NCBI GenBank assembly: GCA_964016885.1
Contig: OZ024748.1
Coordinates: forward strand, 9,052,001-9,116,000
DNA: 64,000 nt
DNA from: Eledone cirrhosa
Taxonomy: Eukaryota
Direction: 5' to 3'
Position 1 is the first letter of the stretch. Every line of letters begins with the position of its first letter. Under the pieces are notes generated by a model. It was not told where the DNA came from. It saw only the letters and a program-made list of their open reading frames with translations, and ran no database searches. Shown here piece after piece: positions 43,570 through 56,955 of this stretch. A program made the position numbers and the translations under genes.

Positions 43570-44321
43570 ACATATATACACATACATACACACATATATA
43601 TACACACATATATACACATACACACACACACACACACACAGACACACATACACACTCACATATACATATATATATATATATGTGTATGTGAGTGTGCGCA
43701 AATACATATATATATACACACACACACATACAAACACACACAAACACATACATATGCATATATGCACACACACACACATATATCACATAGATATGAAGAT
43801 AAACATATAAATAGAGAGACATACGAATATATACAGAACCCATATACACATACATACAACCACGCATATACATATATATACATATATACACATATATATA
43901 TTCCTATATACAAGCATACACATACACACACATATATACATATACATACACATATACATACCACACATTCACATACACATACATATATAATACATATATA
44001 TACATATATATACATACACATGTATGTACAATCATATATACACACTCAATCTTACATTCATATTTACATGCTCATATATGTATTTTTATATTTAGAAATA
44101 AATACCAAAACCTATATAGACACCCACCTACACATATATTCATACATATACTCTTACAAAAACAGATGATAATAGTATGGGGGAAAGGGGGGGTTTGGAG
44201 AAGGGGATCAAAGTAAATATATGTTTCAAGAAACATATAATATTTTCCGTATCTTAATTCAATGTATGTTCTTACATATTTTCAGTGCTAGGAAATACGA
44301 AATCTATGCATCCCAAAATAA

Positions 44322-46256
44322 ATTTGTGCATTGAAATGTCCACACTTCAACCTGAAAGATCACAAATCTAACTTTAACTCTAATCCTTCTATTAGACTTA
44401 TATGTCCCTCCAAATCAGATATTGGAATAATTAGCAAAAAAATTTTAGATAGAGTCATCCCACAAATAAGAAAATACGTTATTTTACCACTCTGGGAAAA
44501 CACCTCCCAGGTAATTAATTGGTTTAAAAATATTAGGTGTAAATCTTCTGCTTCTTTCCTACAATTTGATATAGATAATTACTATTCTTCTATATCACCC
44601 ATACTCCTGAACAAAGCATTAATATTTGCTAAAAATAGATCTAATTTAACTTCGGATGACATTAACATTATTACACATGCTAGACAAACACTTATTGAAT
44701 TTCAGAATGAATACTGGACCAGAAATACTTACAGTAATCTTTTTGATATTACTATGGGTTCAAGCGATTCCGCCCAAATTACTGATCTTGTGGGCCTCTT
44801 TCTCCTTTTCAACATAAATGCCTCTTTTCCCCACCTCAAAGGTGGTTTATATCGTGATGACTGTCTTCTTCTTTCTAACAACCTTAGCCTTTCAGAAATC
44901 GAAAAAAACAAAAAGCATATTAGAACTTTCCTTAAAGACTATTATAATCTTAATATTACTTTTGAAAAAACAAGTAAAGTAGTAAATTTCCTAGATATAA
45001 CTTTAGATTTAGCTACGGGTATATACCAACCTTACCATAAACCTAACCAAAACTTACATTACATACACTCACAATCTAATCACCCTAAATCTATCCTTAA
45101 AAACCTTGCATATAATATATCACTTAGAATTTCTAACCTTTCTTCTAACCAAGATGTATTTGATAAAAATGCGACCTTTTATAATGAAGCTCTAGATAGA
45201 AGTGGCCACAAAAATAGATTAGAGTATATACCTTCTACTAAAAATACTGAAAGCATACAGCATAATATTACCAACAAACACCAAATGAAAAGTACACACC
45301 TAAATGCCACCCACAGTATACCCCAAAATACTAAATCTTCTAATATAAAGTATAGTAACCCTCAAAAAACTACTCATCATACGACTATAATAAATATTAA
45401 TAATAAAACTCCTAATAAAAAAGATAAAACACCTAAATCTACAAATATAACTAAAAATAGTTGTGGTGAGATCATTAACATTAATCCTCCTAGTAAAAAT
45501 CATGATACAACATATAAAAATAATAAAAATAATAAACAACATAGAAACCGTAATAGACGAGTTACTTGGTATAATGCTCCTTTTAATTTACAAGTTAAGG
45601 ATAATATTGCTAAAAAATTTTTTTATATCCTTGAGAAAAACTTCCCGCCAAACCACAAATACCATCAAATCTTAAATAGGTCTACAGTTAAATTCTCATA
45701 CTCTACAACAAATAACATAAAACAAAATATAAGTGCATATAATGCATATAAATGTAAGAAAACCATAAGTATACCACCAGTACATCAAATTAACAATAAT
45801 ATCTCCTCAAATACAGAATTAACGAAAGGATGTAACTGTAGAAACAAAACAAACTGCCCATTAAAAGGGAATTGTCTTGTTAACAACATAGTCTATAAAT
45901 GTAATGTTAAAACTAAAGATTCTATTTGCTCATATATAGGAGCTACCTCTAACAATTTTAAGACAAGGTATAATACCCACAAACATAGCTTTAAAAATGC
46001 CGCACTGGCTAATACAACATCTCTAGCAGAAAAAATCAATAGTTATAAAAATAAAAATATAAAATATGATTTGACCTGGAGTGTGCTCAAAAGAGCCACC
46101 CCTTATCAAAATAATAGAAAGGAATGTAGATTATGTTCCCAAGAACTATTTGAAATAATGAAGTCTAGGGATATCTTATTAAATAAAAGACAGGAATTAA
46201 TTATATCGTGTAATCATAAACTAAAAAAAACATTTAAATATTATAAACCTAATTAA
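44322..46256 (+). CDS. PLE reverse transcriptase - GIY-YIG endonuclease; uninterrupted but lacking N-terminus and ATG
   Basis: LKDHK..RLICPSKS, QFDIDNYYSSI, ITMGSSDSAQITDLVG, GGLYRDD, VNFLDITL, PYHKPN..SNHP, CNCRNKTNCPLKGNC, NIVYKC...SYIGATSNNFKTRY, CRLCSQE, LLNKRQEL. The frame opens exactly at the inversion junction (TAA at 44319-44321). Confidence 0.93.
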   Translation: MCALKCPHFNLKDHKSNFNSNPSIRLICPSKSDIGIISKKILDRVIPQIRKYVILPLWENTSQVINWFKNIRCKSSASFLQFDIDNYYSSISPILLNKALIFAKNRSNLTSDDINIITHARQTLIEFQNEYWTRNTYSNLFDITMGSSDSAQITDLVGLFLLFNINASFPHLKGGLYRDDCLLLSNNLSLSEIEKNKKHIRTFLKDYYNLNITFEKTSKVVNFLDITLDLATGIYQPYHKPNQNLHYIHSQSNHPKSILKNLAYNISLRISNLSSNQDVFDKNATFYNEALDRSGHKNRLEYIPSTKNTESIQHNITNKHQMKSTHLNATHSIPQNTKSSNIKYSNPQKTTHHTTIININNKTPNKKDKTPKSTNITKNSCGEIININPPSKNHDTTYKNNKNNKQHRNRNRRVTWYNAPFNLQVKDNIAKKFFYILEKNFPPNHKYHQILNRSTVKFSYSTTNNIKQNISAYNAYKCKKTISIPPVHQINNNISSNTELTKGCNCRNKTNCPLKGNCLVNNIVYKCNVKTKDSICSYIGATSNNFKTRYNTHKHSFKNAALANTTSLAEKINSYKNKNIKYDLTWSVLKRATPYQNNRKECRLCSQELFEIMKSRDILLNKRQELIISCNHKLKKTFKYYKPN

Positions 46257-46710
46257 TAACATTATTCTAGAATTTAATTTAATTTAAATGTTAATTAACC
46301 TATAAATTTAATTTAATTAATATTTTATTACAGATGAGAAAATATTATGTAATCATAAATTTTGAAAAACCTTTAAATATTACTAATATATACTCAGTAA
46401 TTTAATTTATAGATTAATTTTAATTTATTTTAACCTTTTACTATAATTTTTTTTTATTATAATTCTTTTACAGATAAAATATAACAAAATAATATCATGT
46501 ATCCTATGACGGAGAAAGAATTTTTAGTATTATAGACCTAATTAATATACATTTTGGAAATATATTTATTATTTGGTTTTAGTTTTAATCAACCTAAAAC
46601 TTTAATTTTAATTTGCTTAAAATTAGTATCCTTGTACAGACGAATTGCAGAATGTCATGTAATCATAGAATGGGATGTGTTTTGGATATATACCTAGTTA
46701 ATATATTCTG
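46190..46710 (+). repeat. Four degenerate ~140-160 bp tandem copies of the ORF terminus
   Basis: acag...tgtaatcata...tatta...acctaattaata motif recurs at ~46207, ~46346, ~46496 and ~46655. Confidence 0.65.
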
Positions 46711-48050
46711 TGCAATTTTTTGAAAAAGATATGTATATCTATATGTATATGTATATGTGTGTATTGTATGTGTATCTATATGTATATTTATGTGACTATA
46801 TATGTATGTATGTGTATATATATGTATATATATATATATATGTGTGTGTATATGTATATATATGTATATGTGTATGTATATGTATATGTATGCGTATTAA
46901 TTTTGATTTTTATTTGCATATAATTATATTATGCTATTGATGAAATACAATATCTGCTTTATGTATTGTATACCTAATTAACATATACTAATTAACGTAT
47001 ACTATTGAAATAAATATATAATTTTTAATTTAGTTAACATATAATTTATATGCTACTACCGATGTAATACTTTATTTTATTTTTATTTGGGTTTCTTTTC
47101 CCTATTACTAAATTCATCTCCTAATATTGATACCATAACGTTATTAACTTTAATTTAGTTATAATGTAATTAATAATCTACTACTGTTTGACTTCATAAT
47201 TTTGCTTCAAATATTATAAACCTAACTAATTTACACCTTGGAAATCAATATGTTGGCTATCTTTGATTTAGTTAACATATGATTAATGGTATACTTTTTT
47301 ATTTTGGGATGCATAGATTTCGTATTTCCTAGCACTGAAAATATGTAAGAACATACATTGAATTAAGATACGGAAAATATTATATGTTTCTTGAAACATA
47401 TATTTACTTTGATCCCCTTCTCCAAACCCCCCCTTTCCCCCATACTATTATCATCTGTTTTTGTAAGAGTATATGTATGAATATATGTGTAGGTGGGTGT
47501 CTATATAGGTTTTGGTATTTATTTCTAAATATAAAAATACATATATGAGCATGTAAATATGAATGTAAGATTGAGTGTGTATATATGATTGTACATACAT
47601 GTGTATGTATATATATGTATATATATGTATTATATATGTATGTGTATGTGAATGTGTGGTATGTATATGTGTATGTATATGTATATATGTGTGTGTATGT
47701 GTATGCTTGTATATAGGAATATATATATGTGTATATATGTATATATATGTATATGCGTGGTTGTATGTATGTGTATATGGGTTCTGTATATATTCGTATG
47801 TCTCTCTATTTATATGTTTATCTTCATATCTATGTGATATATGTGTGTGTGTGTGCATATATGCATATGTATGTGTTTGTGTGTGTTTGTATGTGTGTGT
47901 GTGTATATATATATGTATTTGCGCACACTCACATACACATATATATATATATATGTATATGTGAGTGTGTATGTGTGTCTGTGTGTGTGTGTGTGTGTGT
48001 ATGTGTATATATGTGTGTATATATATGTGTGTATGTATGTGTATATATGT

Positions 48051-48090
<40 letters not shown>

Positions 48091-48227
48091 ATATGGGTAT
48101 CTATGTGTGAATATATGTCTTTATTCGTATGTGTGTTTTTATGTATGTATATGTTTAGGTGTATGTATGTATGTGTATGTATGTGTGTGTATATATATAT
48201 GTATATGTATATATGTATATGTGTGTA

Positions 48228-48258
<31 letters not shown>

Positions 48259-48477
48259 TATTCTTTATTATTATTGTAATATAACTTATGTGTATATGTG
48301 TATAAGTGAGGTTGTGTATGTATATATACTATGTGTATATATAAGGGTAATGAAATATATATATATATGTGTGTGTATATATGTGCATGTCTGTTTTTTA
48401 TGTGTGTGTATATATATATGTGTATGTGTATATATGTGTATATATATATATATATATGTGTACGTGTGTGTATGTGG

Positions 48478-48508
<31 letters not shown>

Positions 48509-48624
48509 TGTGGGTGTTTGTATGTATATTTATGGTGGTATGAGTGTGGGGATATATATGTTTGTATATATATATGTATATGTGTATATATATATATATA
48601 TATGAGTCTATGTGTGTGTGTATA

Positions 48625-48665
<41 letters not shown>

Positions 48666-49434
48666 ATGTGTGTATGTGTTGCGTGTGAGTGTGTGTGTAT
48701 TTATATCTTTTTATATGTGTATGTGTATGTTCGTGTAAATGTATGTGTGTGTATGACAGTATAGGTATGTGTGTATGTATGTATGTGTAGATATCTCTAT
48801 GTGCGCGTACATGTATGTATGTGTATGTATATCTGTATGTGTATGTACATTTATTATATTTTATTGTTTTTATTTTTATTATTTTTTTATTTTTCTTAAT
48901 TTATAGATACATTTATTTTAGGCTGTCTGGTCTGACAATCTAATACTGACCCCTCCCCCCCCCTCCCACCTAATTTCTGTATCTTGATCTTGAAATGTGT
49001 GTACCAGTGTTTTTATGTGAGTGACTTAATTTCTATTTGCTTATGATTTTATATCCACATATATAAATGTGAGTGGGGGAGTGTGTGTGTTTGTATGTTC
49101 GTGGTTATGTGTATATTTATGCATATACGCACATGTATGTGTGATTATACTGATATGTGTGAGTATGAAAAAAATATATTTATATGCTTGACTCCATAAG
49201 TATCTTTGCGTATCTTATCAGCGCATTAAGCTTACAGAGATATTAACCTTGAAATTTTGTGTTTACATCCATCTTTTTAGTATACACATACAAATTATAT
49301 ACACACATTATTGTAAAATATGTGTAAGGTTTTTGCATGTATATACACACACCAAACTGCTTTTTACCCTTTGTGTTTTCATTGGTCAATTTTGAACTGA
49401 CATTTTGAATTGTTGTTATTATCAATAAATATAC

Positions 49435-49589
49435 TTCATTATTTCTGAAGACGGCGTATATATGAGTTAGGTATGTATATTTAATCTTGATAATTTGTAT
49501 AATTTTGTATAATTTTGTACATAGATCTGTTAAATATGCATACCAATTATAACACATATATGCCCTAGAAACGATCGTTAAATAGTGAA
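49435..49589 (+). ncRNA. Type I hammerhead ribozyme motif with extended stem II (PLE 2 pseudo-LTR)
   Basis: ttcattattt-CTGAAGA-[~116 nt hairpin: ggcgtatat/atatatgcc, ggtatgtatatttaa/ttaaatatgcatacc]-GAAA-cgatcg-TT-aaatagtgaa. 10-bp stem I and palindromic stem III. The base of stem II is imperfect. Confidence 0.75.
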
Positions 49590-49857
49590 CTTTTTTTGTT
49601 TAATATAAGGAATTGTTTGTTCATTATTTGTTTAATATTTTATATAGATATATATATAGATATATATATATATAGATATAGATATATATAGATATATATA
49701 TATATAGATAGATATATATATATAGATATATAGATAGATATATATATATATAGATAGATATATATATATATATAGATATATATATATATATATAGATAGA
49801 TATATATATATAGATATAGATATATATAGATATAGATATAGATATATATATATATAT

Positions 49858-49896
<39 letters not shown>

Positions 49897-50091
49897 TATA
49901 TATATATATATATATATAGATATATATATAGATATATATATATATATAGATATATATATATATAGATAGATATATATATATAGATATATAGATAGATATA
50001 TATATATATAGATAGATATATATATATATAGATATATAGATATATATATATATATATAGATAGATATATATATATAGATATATATAGATAT

Positions 50092-50142
<51 letters not shown>

Positions 50143-50454
50143 TATATAGATATATATATATAGATATAGTAGACAGACAGATAGATAGGTCTATAATGCT
50201 AAACCTCGCCATAGCAGTGTAAAGCAGTGGTCAGTGTGAGGTTATTGAACCTCCCAATTCCAATAATAAATCTTTACTCTCCGTATTAGAGAAGAAATGT
50301 GAAGCATGCTTGGCTAAGCTTACACGACAGTAGGGACTGCAAGAACGCCAGCGCTATGTACATTCCAATAGAACTAGTCTCCAAGGAGACCAACAATGTC
50401 AGACTTATGCTACACCCTGCCTCTATCTCTATCTCTGTATGTATGTGTATTATA

Positions 50455-50479
50455 TATATATATATATATAGACATACAT

Positions 50480-50558
<79 letters not shown>

Positions 50559-50569
50559 TATATATACAT

Positions 50570-50604
<35 letters not shown>

Positions 50605-51255
50605 CACATATATATATATATACATACACACATATATATATATATATACATACTCATATATATACATACACACATACATATATACATACATACTCATATA
50701 CATACACATACATACAAATATACATACTCATATACTTACATACATACATACATACAGATATACGTACATACTCATATACATACACATACATACATACATA
50801 CTCATATATATACATACATACATACATACATACAAATATACATACTCATATACTTACATACATACATACTCATATACATACATACACATACATACAAATA
50901 TACATACTCATATACTTACATACATACATACAGATATACGTACATACTCATATGCATACACATACATATATATACATGCATACTCATATACATACAAACA
51001 CATACATACAAATATACATACTCATATACTTACATACACATACATACAAATATACATACTCATATACTTACATACACATACATACAAATATACATACTCA
51101 TATACTTACATACAGATATATGTACATACTCATATGCATACACATACATATGTATACATACATCCTCATATATATACACATACATACTCATATACATACA
51201 TACTCATATACATACATACTCATATACATACAAGCACATATTTATATATACATAT
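50455..51255. repeat. TA/CA compound microsatellite with ~40-60 bp higher-order units
   Basis: Recurrent catacaaatatacatactcatatacttaca. Confidence 0.9.
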
Positions 51256-51563
51256 ATCTTTCTTACTTTTGCTCCCCCTCTCTACATCTCTCTTCTCTCC
51301 TCCCCACCCACTCTACATTGACTAAGTCTTCTCTTATGTGTCTCTGTATAAAATCAGAATTATTTATCGTAATATAAATATATTTATACTGAACTTCCAA
51401 TAAAACACAAACAGAGCTTTATTAATTGATGTGTTTAGAAATGAATATTAAAGTAAATTAACCGAATGGAGGTGTGTTGACCTACACAATAAGGCGGTAA
51501 AACCTTCCATCGACAACTCACTGTCTTAAAAAGAAATGATAAGTGGGTTTCTTGTGTGGATAC

Positions 51564-51790
51564 AGACGTGGCCGAATGGTTAAGGGGGTCACTTCTCAAT
51601 CAATAAGTCTCTCGTTCGATCCCACTGTGTTACAGCTTGAAAAAAAATCTGATTTATCATAACCGTGGGTGAAACCAAGGATTGTGAATGAAATTGTGTA
51701 GAGTGAAAGTGTGTGGACGCTCCACCGATTGGATTGTACTTGTAATTCACATGACAAACCTTGTCACACAGAAAATCAGAAGTTTGCAGT
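51564..51790 (+). mobile_element. Decayed tRNA-derived SINE
   Basis: gacgtggccgaatggttaag (A box) ... cgttcgatccc (B box). No intact cloverleaf. Confidence 0.55.
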
Positions 51791-52791
51791 TCCATGTTTT
51801 AAATGACAAGTGGCTTAAATGATATTATGTGATAAAAATAATAAAGTACAGACATGTAAGGTATCATCATCATCGTTTAGATATAACATTACCTAAGTGA
51901 AGCTGGTAGGACTATTTGCTACACTCCAAATGGGACATCTCATTTTGACGTCATTTGAGAAGAGAGAGAAAAAATAGCTTGAAAAAAGAAGCAGATCAAG
52001 AAAAGTAGATATATAAAATACGAGGGAAAAAAAGTGAGGTTTAAAAAAATATCATCTAAAGAAAGACAGCATAAATGTAACCCATTATAGAAACTAGATT
52101 TCAAACTAATTGCTTGTTTACGATTTTTCCAACATTTTTACTAGTACCATCACCGATTTAACATAAATACATTTAGAAATTTAATTTTTATTTAGAAAAA
52201 AAAATATCGACTGAAAATAAATTAGCTAATAATAATGCTGCAGGGAAATACCATATACGCTTTGAGAGTATGCAGCTTGAAATACATTTCTTTTTCAAAA
52301 AAAAATGTATATAGAATAATAAAATATATAAATGAGAAAAAATGTTTTAAAGAACTCTATAAATCTATAAGCGAAGATATAAGAGAGAAAAAAGTACAAT
52401 ATACATTTATAGTCATTAAAATATTAAGGCGAACAACTCGACTGTTCTGAATTTCCGGCCTATTTCTGGAATACTTTCAGCAAAACTGAGGATATGTGTT
52501 CAGGAATAATTTAAAACCTGAACTACATTAGACATTTCTATTAGTTAATATTGATATTGGTGACAATCTATCATCCCTTTGTTGAGGTTCAGGACAATTT
52601 ACACTTCGATTTAATCGACTTTCTCCTCCCCAAAATTGCTGGCCTTGTGCTTCAATAAGAAACCATTATTATTGTTATCTGTGGCAGAAACATTAAAGCG
52701 TTAATGTTTATTGTCCTTAGGTACTGTGTTCAAATCCTACCCAGGACAACTGGGGTAATCGACTTAACTAAACCTTAAATTGCTGTCTTTG

Positions 52792-52876
52792 TACTTCAAC
52801 AGTATTCTAATAAATATTGCCTGTACAGGTAATCAAAATCTGTATACATCTGTATACATATTTGGGGGACACCCTG
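52792..52876. mobile_element. Partial inverted copy of the Tc1/mariner-type MITE
   Basis: Reverse complement is similar to 18678-18752 (cagggtgtcccccaaa...). Confidence 0.65.
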
Positions 52877-53099
52877 TGTGTGTATGTATATATATATATA
52901 TATATATATACTATCCTTGTTTCTGTTAGATTTAAGCTTTTGTTTAGTATTTAACGTCTGGAACGTTATCAGTCTCTCGGCTATTCTTGGTGTTGTTGTT
53001 GCTATTGCAAAATAATCCAGGATCAACCAGGAATATTGAGAACATGCCAAATCTGATTATCTCCTCTTTTCCTCAAGCATTATGCGACGATATTTTGAG

Positions 53100-53780
53100 G
53101 TTATTTTTTCATATCCTGCAGTGACAACGTAGAGACTCCATCGTTAACTCATACAAATGTGTTGCTTTCTGTAGAGGGTTAGTAACGGGTATAAACAAAT
53201 ATGGCCTCTGGGGGATGGTCAAATTAGAATGTTGGCATTCCCGGAAGACCTTCCAGTCGAGGATTGGGGACAATTTTTCAAAATTCCTTGCCCTTACAAG
53301 TGTTACCGAGGAAACATTGCAGGCTGGAGATAAGCTGTAGAGGCACAACTGGCTGGTTATCTGAAGCTGTTCTGTATACACGGAGAATAACACCGACCTC
53401 CGTTACACTCCTTCAGTGACCGAACATTGTTGACTGCCCGAAGAGACTGTTATCGCCTGTGGAACGGATCCAGCTGTCATCTAAGTATATTGTCATTATT
53501 ATCACCCCACCGCCTTCCTTTGGTAAGGAATGGCATACAGCAGCTTTCCTCTGTTCGGTGTCTATGGGGAAAAAGTGTTAGTGTGACGAACAACACCAAG
53601 AATGGCTGATGACGGAATGTTTTCTCTTCGACCAAAACTTCAATCCACTTCTTTAAGTAGCACTTGAAGTTGAATATGAAGGTGGGGAAGTGACAAGACC
53701 CTCCCTGTAGTATAGTTGTTGGAAGGTGCTTGAGATTTGAGGGCTTCCTGTCACTGATATTATCTATATCTAATAACATA
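53100..53780 (-). pseudogene. Possible DIRS/LTR-type reverse transcriptase remnant
   Basis: Minus strand IMTIYLDDSWI (YLDD at 53487-53476), preceded in another frame by LKKWIEVLVEEKTFRHQPF. GC-richer than the flanks and frameshifted. Confidence 0.4.
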
Positions 53781-53973
53781 TCAACTCATTGTTTGTGATA
53801 TGGTTTCGTTATATTCCTCATTCTCTGTCATCATAAAGAAACATCTTTCATTAGTCAAGCAGAATAATAAACGTGTTGTATAGAATTTCTCTGAATCCAA
53901 CCGATGTCAAATTTGAATTTCATCTTTCCGGAATCGATAAAATATAGTCGCAGTCAAATAGTGGGAGCGATTC

Positions 53974-54013
<40 letters not shown>

Positions 54014-54574
54014 TTGTATATATATATACTTATTCATATGTGTGTGTGCGTAAATTTATGTTTATGCGTATATCTTAATCACTGCGATAGAAGATCCACT
54101 TCCTGTACAATCCTTAGTTACTGTTGCTATTTACTAGGATGGTCTCTACACAGAAACCTATCTAGTTTCTATACCATAACATGTCTATTTTCTATACCAT
54201 AACGTCTCTATTTTCTATCTCAGAAGATGAGGAACTGGCAGAGTCACTCCGGCTCTCTGAGTTCAAATCCCTCCAAGGTCAACTTTGCTTTCTTCCTTTC
54301 GCGGTCTATAATCTATAAAAACAAAAATCGATTCCTCTCTCAAAGTATTTTCACTTTCAAAGTATTTTCCTATCATGCGAAGGTTTGGCTATATATAAAG
54401 GTACCCGAAAAAAACAGCGTATCTCGGGAACCCATTGTAACCCCCCCCCCCACACACACACACACACACTGTCTCTGTCTTTCTATTGTCTCCTATATGT
54501 AGGCCCTTGTGGCCAATAAATGAAATCATACTTCTATTTCTTTTTATTTATAATGTTACATTTTTTCTTCCACT

Positions 54575-55145
54575 CGTATTTTCAAATCATATTCACTTAA
54601 AAATACATTTTAATAATTAAAATATTGTCTGTTTAAAGGAAGCTGAAATATAAATACTCAGTGTACAAACAACTTGTATTTTTTAAGTCATTCTCACTTA
54701 AGAATATTTTTTGAATATGCCAAAATATATTTTTTTTAATCGTATTCATTTGAAAATGATTTTTTTTTTAAATTAAAATATTGTCTGTGTAAAGAAAGCT
54801 AAAATATAAATACTTACTGTACGAACAACTTGTATTTTCGAAATCACATTCACTTAAAAATATTTCTAAATAATTAAAATATTCTGTTTAACAAAAGCAA
54901 AACTATAAACATTTAAGGTAAAAGCAGCTCGTATTTTTCAGTCATATTCACTTTAAAATGTTTTTTTTTAATAATTAAAATATCGTCTGTTTAAAGAAAG
55001 CTGTAATATAGATACTTAAAGTACGAACAACTTGTATTTTTGAAATCATATTCACTGATAAATCACTGATATTTTTTTTTTTTTGTATTTTTTTAAATTC
55101 TATTCACTTAAAAATATGTTTTGAATAATGAAAATATTGTCTATG
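54575..55145. repeat. Degenerate ~80-90 bp tandem repeat
   Basis: tcatattcacttaaaaat...attaaaatattgtctgtttaaag...aacaacttgtattttt, about 4-6 copies. Confidence 0.8.
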
Positions 55146-55147
55146 TC

Positions 55148-55370
55148 CGATTTACGCCAAACTTTTATTCCGTTTGTATTCCCATTTCAGGGTTATGTTA
55201 CTTTCGGAGTATTTTCCCATTATGCACCGTTTTGGCTATTTATGAAGGTACCCAAAAAAAACCCATATCTTGGGATTTACGCGAAATCTGTTTTATTCCA
55301 TTTGTATTCCCATTTCAGGGTCAACTTCCTTTCAAAGTATTTTCCCATTATGAGCCCCTTTTGGCTGTAT
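55148..55370. repeat. Two diverged ~127-bp direct repeats
   Basis: gatttacgc...ttttattcc(g/a)tttgtattcccatttcaggg...agtattttcccattatg...tttggct occurs twice. A related piece is at ~54340-54430. Confidence 0.75.
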
Positions 55371-55920
55371 TACATTACAGGCAAGTAAGCAATCACAGAG
55401 TTTTAGCAGTATATGGTTGTCAATCAAATTCTATTATATATATATATAGGAAGGTATAAACACGACCTTGATGCATAGAGGTTTTCACTTGAATGTAGCA
55501 AGCCCTGGCCTTCTCAATTCTTGTTACATACAAGCCTAAACCGTCGGGCTTATCATACGATTATACCCACTCTGCTCCATCTCATGCATAGACTACTGCT
55601 TTTGATCGTGGTCTCCACATTGAAAACTTTCAATATATATATATATAGAGAATTCACAAGAATCAAAGCTATGTTCAAAGCATTTATTCACTTACAATTG
55701 TTTCATCCAAACCTAGGCTTGGAGTCTTCGGAGCATTTTTCAATGTTTGTACATATAATTGACCTCCTTTCCAACGCAAGAGACATACAGATACATATAT
55801 ATATATTGATGTACAGTGGAGTGACATATATTATACTATATTATTTCTGTATAGCAATTTAAAATATACATAACTATAAAAAGTTTTAGTATATACATAA
55901 CCATAAATAGTATCCTTAAT

Positions 55921-55954
<34 letters not shown>

Positions 55955-56574
55955 TATAAGACCGTTATCGCTTCTGTAAGTCATCTCCCCCTCAGTAAAT
56001 ACCCTAAACTGAACGCGGAAGGTAACAGAAAATGTGCGTGGGGAGAGAGAGGGGGAGAATTAGTTTACCGTGTCTTAGATTATCTAAACAATGTATTTCT
56101 CCAAAATTTTGGAACCGTTTCAAACGCTTTTTTAAATATATATTTTATCTATAAAATATACATAAATCATAGATTTCTTTCTCAAATTAAATATAGAAGT
56201 ACTATTTGTTTTTCTACTTATTTTCTTAGTAGCTTCTCTATTATAGATACATCTTAATATATTCTACGAGTGTGATTTGTAGCGTTAAAACTTGTACAGG
56301 AATTCAGTCTCACAAATTTTAAATTACGTGGTTTGATAATTCAAAACAAGAACATACAATTCCTATCACGATTTCATTTCATTATATCTCGACTTATCGG
56401 GTAGGTCAACTGACCCCAAAATATTTCCTCAAAATATTTTTACAAGGTGTTTTTATTTTTATATTTTTCATGCCTACATATTTATTTAATCTTAACTATC
56501 GTCATAGACTAGTTTTCCATTGTTTGAGATATGTTTGCTATTTTAAATTCAATATGTGTGTTACATTTTATATT

Positions 56575-56955
56575 TTAAATTCTGTACGTGTTATATTTTT
56601 TTTTATTTTTAGATTCTGTATGTGTGTTATATTTTTTTTTTTTTTAGATTCTGTATGTGTGTTATATATTTTTTATTTTTAGATTCTGTATGTGTGTGTT
56701 AATTTTTTATTTTTAGATTCTGTATGTGTGTTATATATTTTTTTTTTTTAGATTCTGTATGTGTGTTATATATTTTCTATCTTAGATTCTGTACGTGTGT
56801 TATATATTTTTTTTTTTAGATTCTGTATGTGTGTTATATTTTCTATCTTAGATTCTGTATGTGTGGTATACTTTCTATCTTAGATTCTGTATGTGTGGTA
56901 TACTTTCTATCTTAGATTCTGTATGTGTGGTATATTTTCTATTTTAAATTCTGTG
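56575..56955. repeat. ~30-bp minisatellite
   Basis: (tagattctgtatgtgtgttatattttctatct)n-like, about 12 copies. Confidence 0.92.

Larger units (their letters stand above)
41846..49643 (+). mobile_element. Penelope-like retroelement 2, 5'-truncated, with 2346-bp inverted arms
   Basis: 41977-44322 is the reverse complement of 47298-49643 (mirrored ORF-track coordinates sum to 91620 with identical translations). RT plus GIY-YIG ORF lies between the arms. The tail 41846-41976 is on the minus arm. TA/GATA arrays on both flanks. Confidence 0.95.

Noticed and set aside
41977-49643. DNA transposon with long TIRs or LTR retrotransposon
   Set aside because: The ORF is PLE-type RT plus GIY-YIG with no transposase, integrase or gag. 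The arms are copies of the 3' UTR with an asymmetric tail.
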